A stretch of DNA of 61,861 nt, the filler included, from Sphacelaria rigidula (Eukaryota), in NCBI GenBank assembly GCA_964200075.2. It is 10 parts of 10 records of this genome, joined end to end, with 100 filler letters (N's around TTAATTAATTAA, not from the genome) between each part and the next. Parts side by side here need not be neighbours in the genome. Positions count along the whole stretch, not along the records: positions 37,179 to 43,274 come from CAXNAA020022254.1; positions 43,375 to 49,470 come from CAXNAA020022255.1; 8 more parts are not named here. One strand, 5' to 3'. The notes beneath the pieces were generated by a model that saw only the letters and a program-made list of their open reading frames with translations, searched no databases and was not told the origin of the DNA. A program made the position numbers and the translations under genes. How positions within the stretch are numbered: the first letter of the stretch is position 1; each line of letters opens with the position of its first letter. Positions 37,246 through 48,838 of the stretch are shown piece after piece.

Positions 37246-38080
37246 CGTTTTCGTTCGGCACAAGGCAAATCAACCATATCCTACTACGGCATGAGCCGTG
37301 GTAACCATCAACCACCACCAATGTAGCAGGGGTCGGCGGGTCCACAGTTTGCACAAGGCACAGTGGCGCGTGCAATACCCTGTTCGAAAGCAGAGTGAGC
37401 ACGCTGTAGTGAGACAGAGAAGAAGTTGGCTACGTGCCTAAGGCAGAAATATAACGGAGTTCCGGCCAGATCAACGCGGATTCAGGAAACCAACAAGGTA
37501 CGTCACCATGGCACTACGGGGGTGTAAACAAGATGGAACAGAACCGAAGGGCAGCTACAGCTAATCGCTCAGCAGCTGCAAGCAGTGTACCAACGGGGGG
37601 GCAGATACGTATCATTGATACGCGAAGCGGGGGCAACGTACATCAGCCTTGACTGCCATTGTACAATGCAACCTAATCCAGTGTAACCTGACGCCCACGA
37701 CAATCAGAGTAGCACAGGGGCGTCTCACTAACTACAAGTAAAAAAGGCAGAAAAATAAAGGGCGAGTTTCTGACCACAGTTTGGGCAGAAAAACACAACG
37801 GCAACGAACACAGAGACCTTCAAACCGAGCAGAACAAGGTCCGTTTATCGACGCCAATTCTAATAATGATGGTGTAGCTAATGCACTGGCTGAGGTCTCT
37901 CAGTACGAGTACCAGGAGATACCATTGGTTCAGCTCAACCAAGCTCTCGCGTGGGCACAACGTACGACCTGTGGCTATCCATCATGAACAAGCACAGTAG
38001 GTTCATTCATGTGTAGGCTACTGACTAGGAACTTACGTGTTTGCTGAGCATCATGTTATATCTACAAGCAGTTCTCTTAC

Positions 38081-38313
38081 TCAGCATAGCCGCGGCGCAG
38101 CCATAGGAGCAGAGGGTAGTGATGGCCCAGGGTAGACCAAGGCAAGACCAGTAGCTGATCGAGGTGGGTCGAGGCAGTCTCTGGCTGCTCCCGAACAATA
38201 CTAACTAATGGCAATAGCAAACGCGGTAATAACGCGCCACGGAACTCAGGGTCTACGAGCAACCCGCCCAGCGTATATCTTGCAACGTCTCCGAGCTTCA
38301 TCACATCAACGTC
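38081..38313 (-). CDS. Isolated probable coding exon, product unknown
   Basis: ctag| acceptor, |gtaag donor and an open Leu-rich frame (DVDVMKLGDVARYTLGGLLVDPEFRGALLPRLLLPLV...). Partner exons were not established. Confidence 0.35.
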
Positions 38314-38859
38314 CTAGCGTCGATAGACGCTGAGGAGCGAGACAGATCGTGCTCAGAACACACTGCCCCAATCGGTGTTGTTGGGGTGATACGGAGTGAG
38401 TACCTTGTTCATCAATCAAAATCAAATCATCAGGGGGATGCTATTGACCGTCACTGGTAAAATAAAACGATTTTCGACCCTAGCGCCATAAACAGGTCGG
38501 AGTTGCATATTTGTTCTCTCATTTATTCATGAAAACTATAGAGATAACTCAAAAAGAGCAAAATACTCAGTGGTCAGAACTTTTGGCTGCGTAGGCTCAG
38601 GGTCCGTCAAAAACCGGTCGGCCCGTGAGTCGTTCAATATTGAGTGGAGATGTGATTTCATTTCGCAATGTGAAGGGGGTGCCTAGTGTATCTCCACCCA
38701 CAAACTGTGGGATCAAACGTTCACCGAGATGAGCGGTTGCACGCAAAAACACTTTCGAACATTCCCAACTACGAAAAAGACGACGAAAAGCTCATTTTTC
38801 AGATGAAAGCAGTTGTCTATGGTAGTCTCACACCGAAGGAGGGCGAGCGTCTCCGACTG

Positions 38860-39003
38860 CGATCACTGAAAAGAAGAGGAGAACGGAAAAACTCCAGTTT
38901 AGGCCTCCCTACTGTGTTACCCCGGCTGATGAGCCCACACGTATCGGCAGGTATAGACTGGCGTCCAGGATAGCTGGGATAACAACATACGCACACACAC
39001 CAC
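38860..39003 (+). mobile_element. 3' fragment related to the (CA)n-tailed SINE
   Basis: ccccggctgatgagccc...tagactggcgtcca...ctgggataacaaca plus (CA)n, matching the 3' end of the 23825-24226 copy. Confidence 0.6.
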
Positions 39004-39843
39004 ATCTGCCCAAACCTTGGGTGAAGTGAATGCCTGGGTATTGCACCCGGGTACTCAGGTACCTGCCCTACCCGACCTTACCTTGCGAAAACTGAAGCGG
39101 TCACAAAACATGTGACCAAGAGGGAAAATCCAAAACCCACTGCAGAAAACTGCAGACAACGCATTTTTTCATGTATGTCCAGTTAGAGTTTAGTACAGAG
39201 GCCATTCTCGAAACCTCTCAACCAGGCGAATGGGAAAAGTGAGTCAGACGTTTTTCGACGGGGTAGTGCTGGATGTCTCAGACGTGTAGTGACGATACTC
39301 CCTGTGTGGGTGCTGAAAGCTGGAGCGAAGGTCCCAAACCTGCGAAATTCAACGAAAATAACCAACCGCAAGAAACGGTCTGAGCATCGAATTTTCTTTA
39401 AAAAATACCGCATGTGCACTCTCCGGTTGTGATGTATGGCCTCGCTCACCCTCTGACGAAACTCATTCACAGTTTGTGAAATCCGTGTTATGATTTGTTT
39501 TGGGAATAAGTCAAACGTTTTCCCACGTCAGACAAATCAACTTACCATAACCCTTTGACGACGGAGGTAGGCTATCTGTTCATGCAATTGTTTTCAAAAC
39601 TAAATTGATGCTGATTTCACAGATGATTTGTGCTGGCGGTCAAACGGTGAGCTCGGGTTGACTCCCTTTGGAACAAGTCAGCGGTACCAGTCCCACTGGC
39701 TACGTCATACCTTATACCTCAGCAGAAACCTTTTCACTGGCTGCTTTATAATGTACGATTCTTCTGCGGTACCTAACCCGCGGCGGCTTCGTCTTTTCAT
39801 CATAAAAAGCGGCCGGAAAAAACGCGACATATTTTTAGGTCAG

Positions 39844-40088
39844 AAACTTTCTACGATAGACCCCCCCAAAACGTGCATGATTTTGGGAGGCAAAATCTTC
39901 ACGAAAATCGAACTGGGAAAAGCCAAGCACAACGAGAAGCTGGGAATTTCCACGCTTGGATTCGTTCTAGCCAATGTCGCCAATATGAGGTGCTTCATGC
40001 ACCCTAAACCCGAACATCAGGCGCTGTATGGCCATTGTTTTCATGACACGTTTAGCTGGTTTTGGGGGGGGGCTATCGTAGAAAGTAT
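39844..40088. mobile_element. ~240-bp MITE with TIR ACACTTTCTACGATAGCCCCCC
   Basis: actttctacgataga-C run at the left end and G run-ctatcgtagaaagt at the right end. Inverted copy of 60519-60753. Confidence 0.85.
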
Positions 40089-40934
40089 CGTCAACGAAAA
40101 TTGAACGGAACTGAAATTAGACCAATGCTACGGTAGGGATGCACTTTTGGCCCAAAATCGTGTCTGGTTCAGGGGCTCCTAGCAATTCTGATTCAAGTAT
40201 ACGGCAGTCTCCAGTTGTTGTCAACATTTGCTTAACTCTACAGCGCAGGTTCATCACTGATCTAGGTCAACAACAAAACTTCGGTCAACGATTATGGAAT
40301 TTCACTGTTTCATGTGGGACCTTTCATTCTACTTATTATTTGACTGCCATTCATTTGTGCACAAGTTCGTTTATGTTCATTTATTTACTACGGCATCCAA
40401 ACTCCAAACCGTCTCACCGTCAATCTTGTAACAATCGTAAGTCGACAGCGCGTGGGGAGACAGTCCAACGCAGTACAGTACACGTCGATCGTCAAGATAT
40501 CCCTGCTCACAGCTTCAGGTAATTCGATTTCTTTTGTTCCTTGGTAGTGTTGATTGCCAGAGTCTCTCGAGAGGTCGTTCTGAACACCAGGGTCATCTTA
40601 GCGTTGCACCGATTCTTAGAAAGAATCGGATTCAACCAGATGTAAGAGGCATGTTTTTATGTACTCCGTATCTTGACGGGTTACTTAACATCCTTACCCC
40701 TGACCGCAGGTACCAGCCAGTTTCTGCGATCAGCCCTCCGGGCGCGTATCTTTGTTCCGAATCAACGACCCATCATTGTACTGTCCCCTTTCCACCGCAT
40801 CACGCCGCGATCCGTAACACCCTCCCTCAGTCCTAGGATTGAAAAACCCTGGGACTGACGTGATTCACGCGATGGATCGCCCCGTTACTATGTCCCTCTT
40901 CCGAGTCCAGCGTCGGGGCGTAGCCGTCGATCTT

Positions 40935-41298
40935 GACAATCGTTGTGCCGGGTTAGACCACGTAGGGAATTTCAACACCGTGTAGGACGATCCCTTCCAG
41001 TCCGGAGGCGTCACTGATCTTGTTGACTGCTCTGCCGGGTTAGACCACGTAGGGAATTTAAGCACCGTGCAGAACAATCTCAAACAGTCTCAGCAACTCC
41101 CGCTCTTGTAGATCCCTCTGCCGGGTTAGACCACGTAGGGAATTTGAACACCGTACAGAAACGGTCCCATCCAGTCCGGAGAAGTCCTTGATCTTGTTGA
41201 CCGCTCTGCCGGGTTAGATCGCGTAGGGAATTTAAACACCGTACAGAAACGATCCCACCCAGTCCGGAGAAGTCCTTAATCTTGTTGACCGCTCTGGG
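40935..41298. repeat. Tandem repeat, ~82-90-bp unit, 4-5 copies
   Basis: tgccgggttagaccacgtagggaattt..acaccgt recurs at about 40946, 41033, 41119 and 41207. Confidence 0.9.
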
Positions 41299-41359
41299 CT
41301 GTCCGTAAACCGTTTGCGGATCTTGGTACATCGGGGATCTACCTCGTAATTGAGCCCCT

Positions 41360-41845
41360 TTCTGCAACCTGTTCGCACGCGAAAGGGAACCTCCTGGCCC
41401 CCTGTCAACCTGTTGGAAAACATATGGGAAATCCTGGCTCCTTGTCAACCTGCTCGGATAGCATGGGAATTCTTGGATGCCTGTCAACCTGTTCGCACGC
41501 GAAAGGAAAACTCCTGGCCCCCTGTCAAACTGTTCGAAAACATATGGGAAACCCTGGGATCTCCTGTCAATCTGTTCGCGCGCGCAAGGGAAACTCCTGG
41601 CCCCCTGTCAACCTGTTCGAAAACATATGGGAAATCCTGGCTCCCTGTCAACCTGTTCGCGCGCACAAGGGAAACTCCTGGCCCCCTGTCAACCTGTTCG
41701 AAAACATATGGAAAATCCTGGCTCTCTGTCAACCTGTTCGAAAACATATGGGAAGTTCTGGATCTCCTGTCAACCTGTTTGCGCGCACAAGGAAAACGCC
41801 TGGCCCCCTGTCAACCTGTTCGAAAACATATGGGAAACTCCTGGT
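41360..41845. repeat. Minisatellite with two alternating ~40-bp units, about 12 copies
   Basis: Core cctgtcaacctgttcg followed alternately by aaaacatatgggaaatcctgg or cgcgcacaagggaaactcctggccc. Confidence 0.92.
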
Positions 41846-43374
41846 GACCGGTATGCAATCAAATCCTGCCTGTTCGCTGTATGGTGCAAGCATATATATA
41901 TATACATATATTTGGTTCATACAACTTTTTGGTTAATCCATTCGATGTCCGACATGTATGTTGACAACTTGCACAGTCTCCACGATAAACACACGAGTCG
42001 TTCATTACAAGCCAGCAAATTTCATCAGATTATTTCCGGTGTAAATCTCGGCAAAGAAATGTGTGGAACCCATGGACTCTCAAGACCAGAAGGATGCAGC
42101 CCTGCCCCCGGGATGGTCATAGGGCGCAGACAGGTAGACGGTCATCTTCGAATTGATTGTCGGAGCACGCGGATGTAGACGGTTATCTTTGAATGGATTG
42201 TCAAAGCGTGCACAAGTAGACGATCATCTTCGAATTGATTGTCGGAGTGTGCACGAGTATAGACGATCAACGGGAACTGACCTCCGACGGCGTCATCTCT
42301 TCCCAATCCCCATCTTCATACTTGATACGGTAATACGGCTGACGGCAGTCGAACATATCCCCGTTGAACTCCTGCCGCTCACCTTGGCTGTCCACAACTG
42401 TTTACGCATTCTGGTCCCTCGAGGAATGAGTCGCAAAGCTTCATCCCGAGTAAAAGAGACTCTTTCCGCTCGAGATGGGTTAATGGATGGGCGCGGTTTG
42501 GTTTGCGGGTTACATAGTTCCCACAAAGCATGAAACACGTCCAACTGTAGCTCAGTGAAACTGTCTAAAACTTCCTCCTCTGAAAGCCAGTGAGACTCGG
42601 TTCCATCATGAAACAACCCCTGATAAACCCACTCCAAGGACGATCCTGATCCTAACATCACTGTTCTATTTGTCAATATATACAGTTGCGGAACGGTCGT
42701 GATCTCCTCGGCTAACCCTAAATGTGCCCCCCCAAGCTAGCCAGCAGACCTCGCCTGGACCTGAATGCTGCAGCTGCTCTGGGTGCAAATGAAATCTCTC
42801 CACGTTGGCCGCGAACACCTTTCGCTCTTGTACTTTAGGCACCAGCATTTTGACCTCAAGATTGAGACCTGGTATCACCCCCCTGCTGCACCGTCCCCGG
42901 CCCAGTCTACAAGCCATGTACAACCTTGGCCGGTACATCTTCGTTCAGAAGGAAGCTGTCAGACTCTTTGACTAGCATCACATCTTATACCTCCTCCCTA
43001 CGCCGGTGGCGTTGGGTTAACAGCTCCTGAAAGTCCTTCAATTTGTGTCGCTGTTGCTCTACCGTGTTGTTCAACTGTAGGGATTCTGCTTCAGGTGACA
43101 CAGAGTCGACTTGGGGTGCGAGGCTCGCGCTCAAAAGCAGCATTAATCGCATTGAGCTATCCAGCAGTGACTGGTCGGAAGTAGTATAATGAATCCATAC
43201 AGCAGGATACACATACTCGTCCCCCCATTACAGACGCGACTGGTATGCACCCATGAAAAAATGTAAAAACCGTGNNNNNNNNNNNNNNNNNNNNNNNNNN
43301 NNNNNNNNNNNNNNNNNNTTAATTAATTAANNNNNNNNNNNNNNNNNNNNNNNNNNNNNNNNNNNNNNNNNNNN

Positions 43375-43787
43375 CTCGGTCGATCATGACCGAACACTGC
43401 GACTGACTCACTTGCGGGGTTTGCACCCCTCTCTCCGTCGCTTGTTGTCCTGTGGTCGCTCCCTCTCGGAGCTCCCTGCTCACCCTCTTGGCTCCGTCTT
43501 CTGCCTTGAGGTGTGCTGTGGTCTGCTGTGCTGTCTGCCCGGTGTGGTTGTGTTGTTTGGTCTTCCTCACTATCGACGACGCCGTTCCACCTCGCGCCTC
43601 CGGACTCTCTATCTTCGATGCCATCTACCCTACCCTGTATTTCGGTCTGTGTAGACTGTACATCTCTTACCATCTCTGTCAGTGTGCTAAATTGCCCACT
43701 GAACATACTCAGCATGCTCTCAATTTGACTCGTGAGTCCGTCTAACCTCTCTTCTGAAGACGGAGCACTGCCATTGTTCCTAGCCAT
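43375..43787 (-). mobile_element. Probable gag N-terminus of an LTR retrotransposon, cut by the contig end
   Basis: Intronless ATG ORF with a coiled-coil start (EERLDGLTSQIESMLSM...IQGRVDGIEDR) followed by low-complexity sequence. No diagnostic motif is visible. Confidence 0.4.
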
Positions 43788-46024
43788 ACTTGCCCAATCG
43801 ATTGATCACTAGTGTATTCCTTGGCTCAGGCACAGGATAATGGTTTGAGATATTTTATTGAAGAGCACCCAAGTTCTACTGTAACTCGGGAGAGTGCTGA
43901 TGAGATGGATGTAGAAGAGATGAAGAGTGGGCCAGGAGGCGAGTTGCCCGGCTGCCCTCATCTGTACTGTACCACATTTGACACACTTGACTGTCGGTAC
44001 TCGTACGTCACCCCGATCCCCAGTTCTACGGAGATCCAGCGTTACTAGGTATCTGAATCACTCGAACACACCATCGGTGTGTCCTCTTTTTGTGAGAACC
44101 CTTCCCCGTGTAGACATGGCCTTGACGGCTGTTTATATCTTGCGAGCTTCTGACAAGACGAGGCGGTGGCAATTGTGTTCTGCTTTGTGGGTGACAGATG
44201 ATTGCTTCCCGTTCGCGAGGAACAATGGCGGAAAAAATTGTTTCAAATATGACAAAAAAAACGCCTTTCTATAAAACTCCTGCAACCACTATATTGCGGT
44301 CCAACTGGCTACTCCTTGTGTGAAAAGGGTCGGGACTCCTTTCGTACTTCTTGATGTCTATCCGCGGATGTCCATAAATTTTCCGCGGATAACCGTGTCA
44401 TTTTCAGGGATTATTGTCACAGTAGTGCACCGTGGGGAAACGCCGTATACGCGGTTTGTTCCACGGAGGAGGGGGAGAATTCGCTCAGAGCGAAAAAAAA
44501 AACGTGCGACGGGCATCCGCTCCGCAATAATCCCGTGCTTTTGTAGCGGGCGGATATCCGCTCGGTGGCAATCCGTGATTTTTCCCACTACTAGCGGATA
44601 TCCGCTCTGCTCTCCGTGACATGATCAAGGCCGGATATCCGCTGCGCAATTATTCGTGACATTTTCAATCGCGGTTATCCACGCTGTCATACTCCGCAAT
44701 TGTGCGAAAAAAATAGTTTTCAAGTTTTCAAGTTTTCGCACATTCGGATATCCCATGCTGATCCGCTCCGCTGCGTAAGGTCGAAAAAACCACAATCCGC
44801 ATGTCCTCCGTACATATCCCTGGAAAATTCGGGAATAACGAATTCGGAATAATTACTGTTGAAGAAAAACACCTGCTGTTGTGTGGGAACGTGGGAACTA
44901 CCGCGCACATGGAAGGGACAAATTCCCACAAGTGTCTGTCAAGGAATTACCTTTTCCACTGGCGCCACCATGAGATAGCTCGTACGCTTCACGACTAGAA
45001 GGTCCCAGGTTCAAATCCCGGATGCCACAGACATTATGGATGGTGGGAGCCAAAACATCGGTGGATATCCTCTGTGTTGTGGCAGATAATAAGTAGTAGT
45101 GCAAACCTAACGGAAAATCACCAGTTGCGGCGATGGTTGTTGGTTGGAAGACTCAACATAGAAGGTTAGTACAAACAAAAACTCCAACAGGTTCATGAAA
45201 AGGGGGGGTCATGTGGGAACCGCGATTATACAAAAGGGACAAGTTCCCGCTAGCGAGTCTTGAGCGAGTGAATGTCTGTCAAGGTATACCTCTTCACACC
45301 TGCAACAAAAAACAATTCCCCACACACACCACGGACACGCGAGTTTGTTTCGGACACTAGCATAGCGAAATCCTGAGTAGGATGGTTTCACATGCCGATC
45401 ACAACGATTTGCTCAACTTGCTCTGGCTCAGTACCCTTCAAAAGACACGCAGTGTGCGGTTTCTTGACCGACGACTACAACTCTACCTCTTGAAATACGG
45501 ATCTGATCATCTTTTCGCTGAGTGAAAGTGACGATCATTTGGCAACCCCGGAGCTCGCGTTGTGGGCGCATTTGTTGTGTGCGTAGAACTCAACGAGATC
45601 GGAACGTCATGGATAACCGAGGCAGCAGAGGTCAAGGTCGATCTCGACGACGTCATGGATATAGGCGAGCCCTTGTGTTTGTCATGGTTTTACGGTAGAC
45701 TGGCACAATTCAGCTGCCCGACGGAAGACGATGCATCTGCCGGGCAGCAGTGATGACTTTGCCATGTTGCAGTTACGGCTAGCCGCGAGCAACCTGCTAT
45801 GATCTGGGCGTGTAAATAGCAGGGGCAACAGTCGTACTTCAAATATATCTACCGTCTTTGCCTGTGCCTCTGTGGTCTAAAAACTTCGGTCAATGAGTCA
45901 GTAGAGCTCTGTCGACCTGGTGATTGCATCGGCAGCTACGGTTGGGGGTGCGCGACAACAGTAGTGGTGCATGTATCATAGGGCAAATCAAATTTATTTA
46001 GCAATAACTATAATGGAGTCAGTG

Positions 46025-46100
46025 ATCAATGATCAAAGGACTGAGGCAAGCAACAAACGAGCATGCCCCCCCCCGACCCCCCCCCCCCGACCCCCACCCC
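46025..46100 (+). mobile_element. Diverged LINE 3' fragment with C-rich tract; another at 47432-47512
   Basis: tcaatgatcaaaggactgaggcaagcaacaaacgagcatg followed by C runs. Confidence 0.7.
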
Positions 46101-46565
46101 TCAAACCGGGGAAGGAGGGAATACGAGATGTTGTATACATGAGGTGGGCACCACCCCTTTCACGACATGTCCGTAATGGGAGCGGTAACGGCTACTGTTG
46201 TGGTCGCGGTCGTGACTGCAGGAGTTGCTCACAGCTTTAGCCACAGTAGTCAGTAGTCGGCAACTTGGTCTGTAGCCGCGGTGTCTAAAAGCGCTTTGCG
46301 GGTCCAAAGTAAAATGCTGTTGCGTTGATGTACTGCCGCTGCCCGTATGTGTATGTGTGAGAGAGGGAGCAAGAGAGTATGTGTCAGTGCTTCGACGGCA
46401 TATAATAACTAGTGGACCGATACGCGCGTCTGCCGTTATTCTAGACTGTTGTTTTTCATCTGCCATGCTATTTTGATCATTCTGCTGTCGAGAGACTGCC
46501 CAGGGCCGTTGTGGTTCCCGACGAGCGTTGTCGTTGCCCGACGGGCGTTGTATTATTATTATTCC

Positions 46566-46808
46566 ACACGTCGGGCAACTCAACTTGGGGTAACACGGGT
46601 TGACTCATTCCTCCATAACTCGCCTGTGAGTTATAGCAACATAACTCAGCGGTGCATCTTCCGATCTGTCGATTTATATAACATAACTCATCGGTGCATA
46701 CTCTGGCCATGAGTTATACAAGAAAACTCATCGATGCACGTTCTGGTCAGGTGAGTTATAGAACACGACTCAGCGATGCACATTCTGGTCAATGAGTTAT
46801 AGAACATG
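46566..46808. mobile_element. Left end of the CACGT-ended element with ~41-bp palindromic subterminal repeats
   Basis: cacgtcgggcaactca followed by 4-5 units of tgagttatagaacataactcagcggtgcatattctgg (consensus). Confidence 0.7.
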
Positions 46809-48687
46809 GGCTTTATTGTACACTCGTACGGATAGTGATGCAATACAGACTATCGTTCGGTGGTACAACGCAGTAGTAGTAGAGACAAGCACGCGGCAGT
46901 TTTTCAGTGTTCGCTGTTTCTTGTGAGAACAACAAAATTCACGGTGAACTAATACGATCAATTATCATTTCACGCACAGTACAGTACCGCACCCCGACTC
47001 TGTTCCCTAACTCTCTACTACAGTCGGGATAATCGCGTATGGTACATCTCAGGGGGCTGCAGCACCCCTTGTTTCAGTCCGTTCAAAAGGACGTGCGCTC
47101 AGGCAACACAGGATCACTTTGAGGTACACAAAGAAATCTCCTTTTCCGAAAGGTCACAAAAAATGGATCCGCGACGGTGTAAATAACGATTGTACGGTGC
47201 CTACCTTCCGATCTGGGGTCCTATCCAGTATCCATGCTCTAAAAAACTGTCGAAAGCGTCGAGACTCCGTGTGCCTCAAAATACTTGAATTCTCTACCGC
47301 ACAAAAGAGAAAAGCCAGCTCATGCTGCTCTCGAGAGTCGGGGTTTCCTTGCAAGCAACGGTTGTCAGATAACTGCACTGAGCAGCTGTATATGCTTCGG
47401 GATCGACATGAATGAGGTTACAGTACACACAGGATGCGCGGTCAATGGTCAAACGACTAAGGCAAGGAACAAATGTGTGTGCGCTCCCTCCCGCCCCCCT
47501 CCCCTCCCCCCCGTTCTTATGGCGTTGGATGACTGGCGCCTTTCATGACCAGCTCTCTACCAGTACCCACAGATATGAAAATCGTCTCAGAAATATTATC
47601 TGGCAAAACCTCCCGAAGTTTTCCCGGCGTTTTCTTCAAGGGTTGCGAGAAGCGGCCTGAGGGTTCGAGGTGCAAAATGTGCGTTTCTTTCTGAGGTGTG
47701 TCTGATATCTAGCGCCGAAGGCTTGAAGAGTTCGAGAGTGTTTTCTTCTTAACGAAGGTCGACACGGCGCGGACGCCCCCGTCTTGGGGTGCAACACCCG
47801 CCAAACGTTTTCAGATTTCGCGGAAATTGCTTTGGTTAACGAAAGTTGCCGGGAAAAAGTGACTACCCGACCTTCCTACGGAGTCTTTCCTTGGATTATA
47901 AGAAGCGGCCTTCACTCCGTTCCATCCGGTTTCAGGATGCAATAGTCAGACAGCCGAGACGCATGTGGAGCAGGATTGAAAGTGCAAAAGAGAGCGTTGT
48001 GGAAGGCCGACCGGCGGCAGCCCTTCACGATTGGTTTCATGATAGCGGAAATCACGAAGGACTTGTTGATGTTTCGTGTCAAAAGGTTCGTCAAGAAGTC
48101 GCAAAGTTTCACACCTTGGACAACATATGATCAAAAGTTGCAAGAGACAATAAACGTACTAAATAAAGTATAGGCCTATTGCGACTATTGTCGGCTGGCA
48201 ATAGTTGCAATAGACCTATATTTTATGCAGTACACTTCTCGTCCATTGCATCCATTGACCATATATTGTCCGGTATGTGCAAAGTTTGCATGCAAGCAAG
48301 GGGTGGCACATATTTCATTTCGGCACCATATCCCTCCTTCCCTCCTTTTCGCCACCGTCTGCCTTTTTTTTTCCCCCTTTTTACAGGATTTTTTTGCTCA
48401 TTGATTGTCCGAGTTGCTCGCATATGCCTGGCTCAAGAGATCACTTTTGCGTGCATGTGTACACTCTCTTTTGGAGTCTGACTTCCCACGCGCCGATACC
48501 CAGCTTGACACTGGGAAAATGGTGGACTACGTGAATGAAATCAATCCGACAGCCATGTGAGTTTTTCAGGCTCTCCGTCTCTCTAACCTCAACCCGGCAC
48601 AAGAACCAAGTGAATACACAGACGAATACCCTGTTGAATGTACATGTTCTGTTATCCTGTGGTGTGCCCCCCTTTTCTCTGCGACAG

Positions 48688-48838
48688 CACCGCCACGGCA
48701 CCACCGGATGTAGCTCGCGCCTATGAAGATAAAGATTTGCAGGTGCTGAGGATAGCAGCGTCGGATGTCGCCGCCGTAGCGGGCTACAACGATTGGGTAG
48801 ACGTTCGAGAGCTGTTCCTTGAGCGATTGCTGTATCAG
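48688..48838 (+). CDS. Spliced exon encoding a YqaJ/lambda-exonuclease-like N-terminal motif
   Basis: Pyrimidine tract plus cag| acceptor and |gtgggt donor. Encodes VLRIAASDVAAVAGYNDWVDVRELFLERLLYQ, similar to YqaJ R.ITASDVAAILG.NPY.T..ELWLEK. A possible upstream exon lies at 47937-48085. Confidence 0.5.

Larger units (their letters stand above)
40641..43200 (-). mobile_element. Ty3/Gypsy-like LTR retrotransposon relic: integrase C-terminal region, repeat-filled 3' region, PPT and a putative ~179-bp LTR (40641-40819)
   Basis: Degenerate frames DVMLVKESDS...PAKVVHGL*TGP (GPY/F-like), WLSEEEVLDSFTELQLDVFHALWEL and QPYYRIKYEDG.WEEM (chromo/Tudor-like). The purine tract GAGGGAGG directly precedes TGTTAC...CTTACA on the - strand. 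Confidence 0.6.

Noticed and set aside
41360..41845. CRISPR-like array with a constant core and variable parts
   Set aside because: The variable parts are only two alternating types rather than unique spacers, there are no cas genes, and the array sits inside a retroelement.
41350..42178. Long overlapping ORFs of 165-233 aa
   Set aside because: They are open only because the minisatellite lacks stops.
42290..43787. One Gypsy element spanning gag (43375-43787) and pol (42290-43200)
   Set aside because: The two parts are on different contigs separated by a linker, so the adjacency is accidental.
44975..45030. tRNA-like GGTTCAAATCC T-loop
   Set aside because: No D-arm or acceptor stem could be folded. 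At most a decayed fragment.
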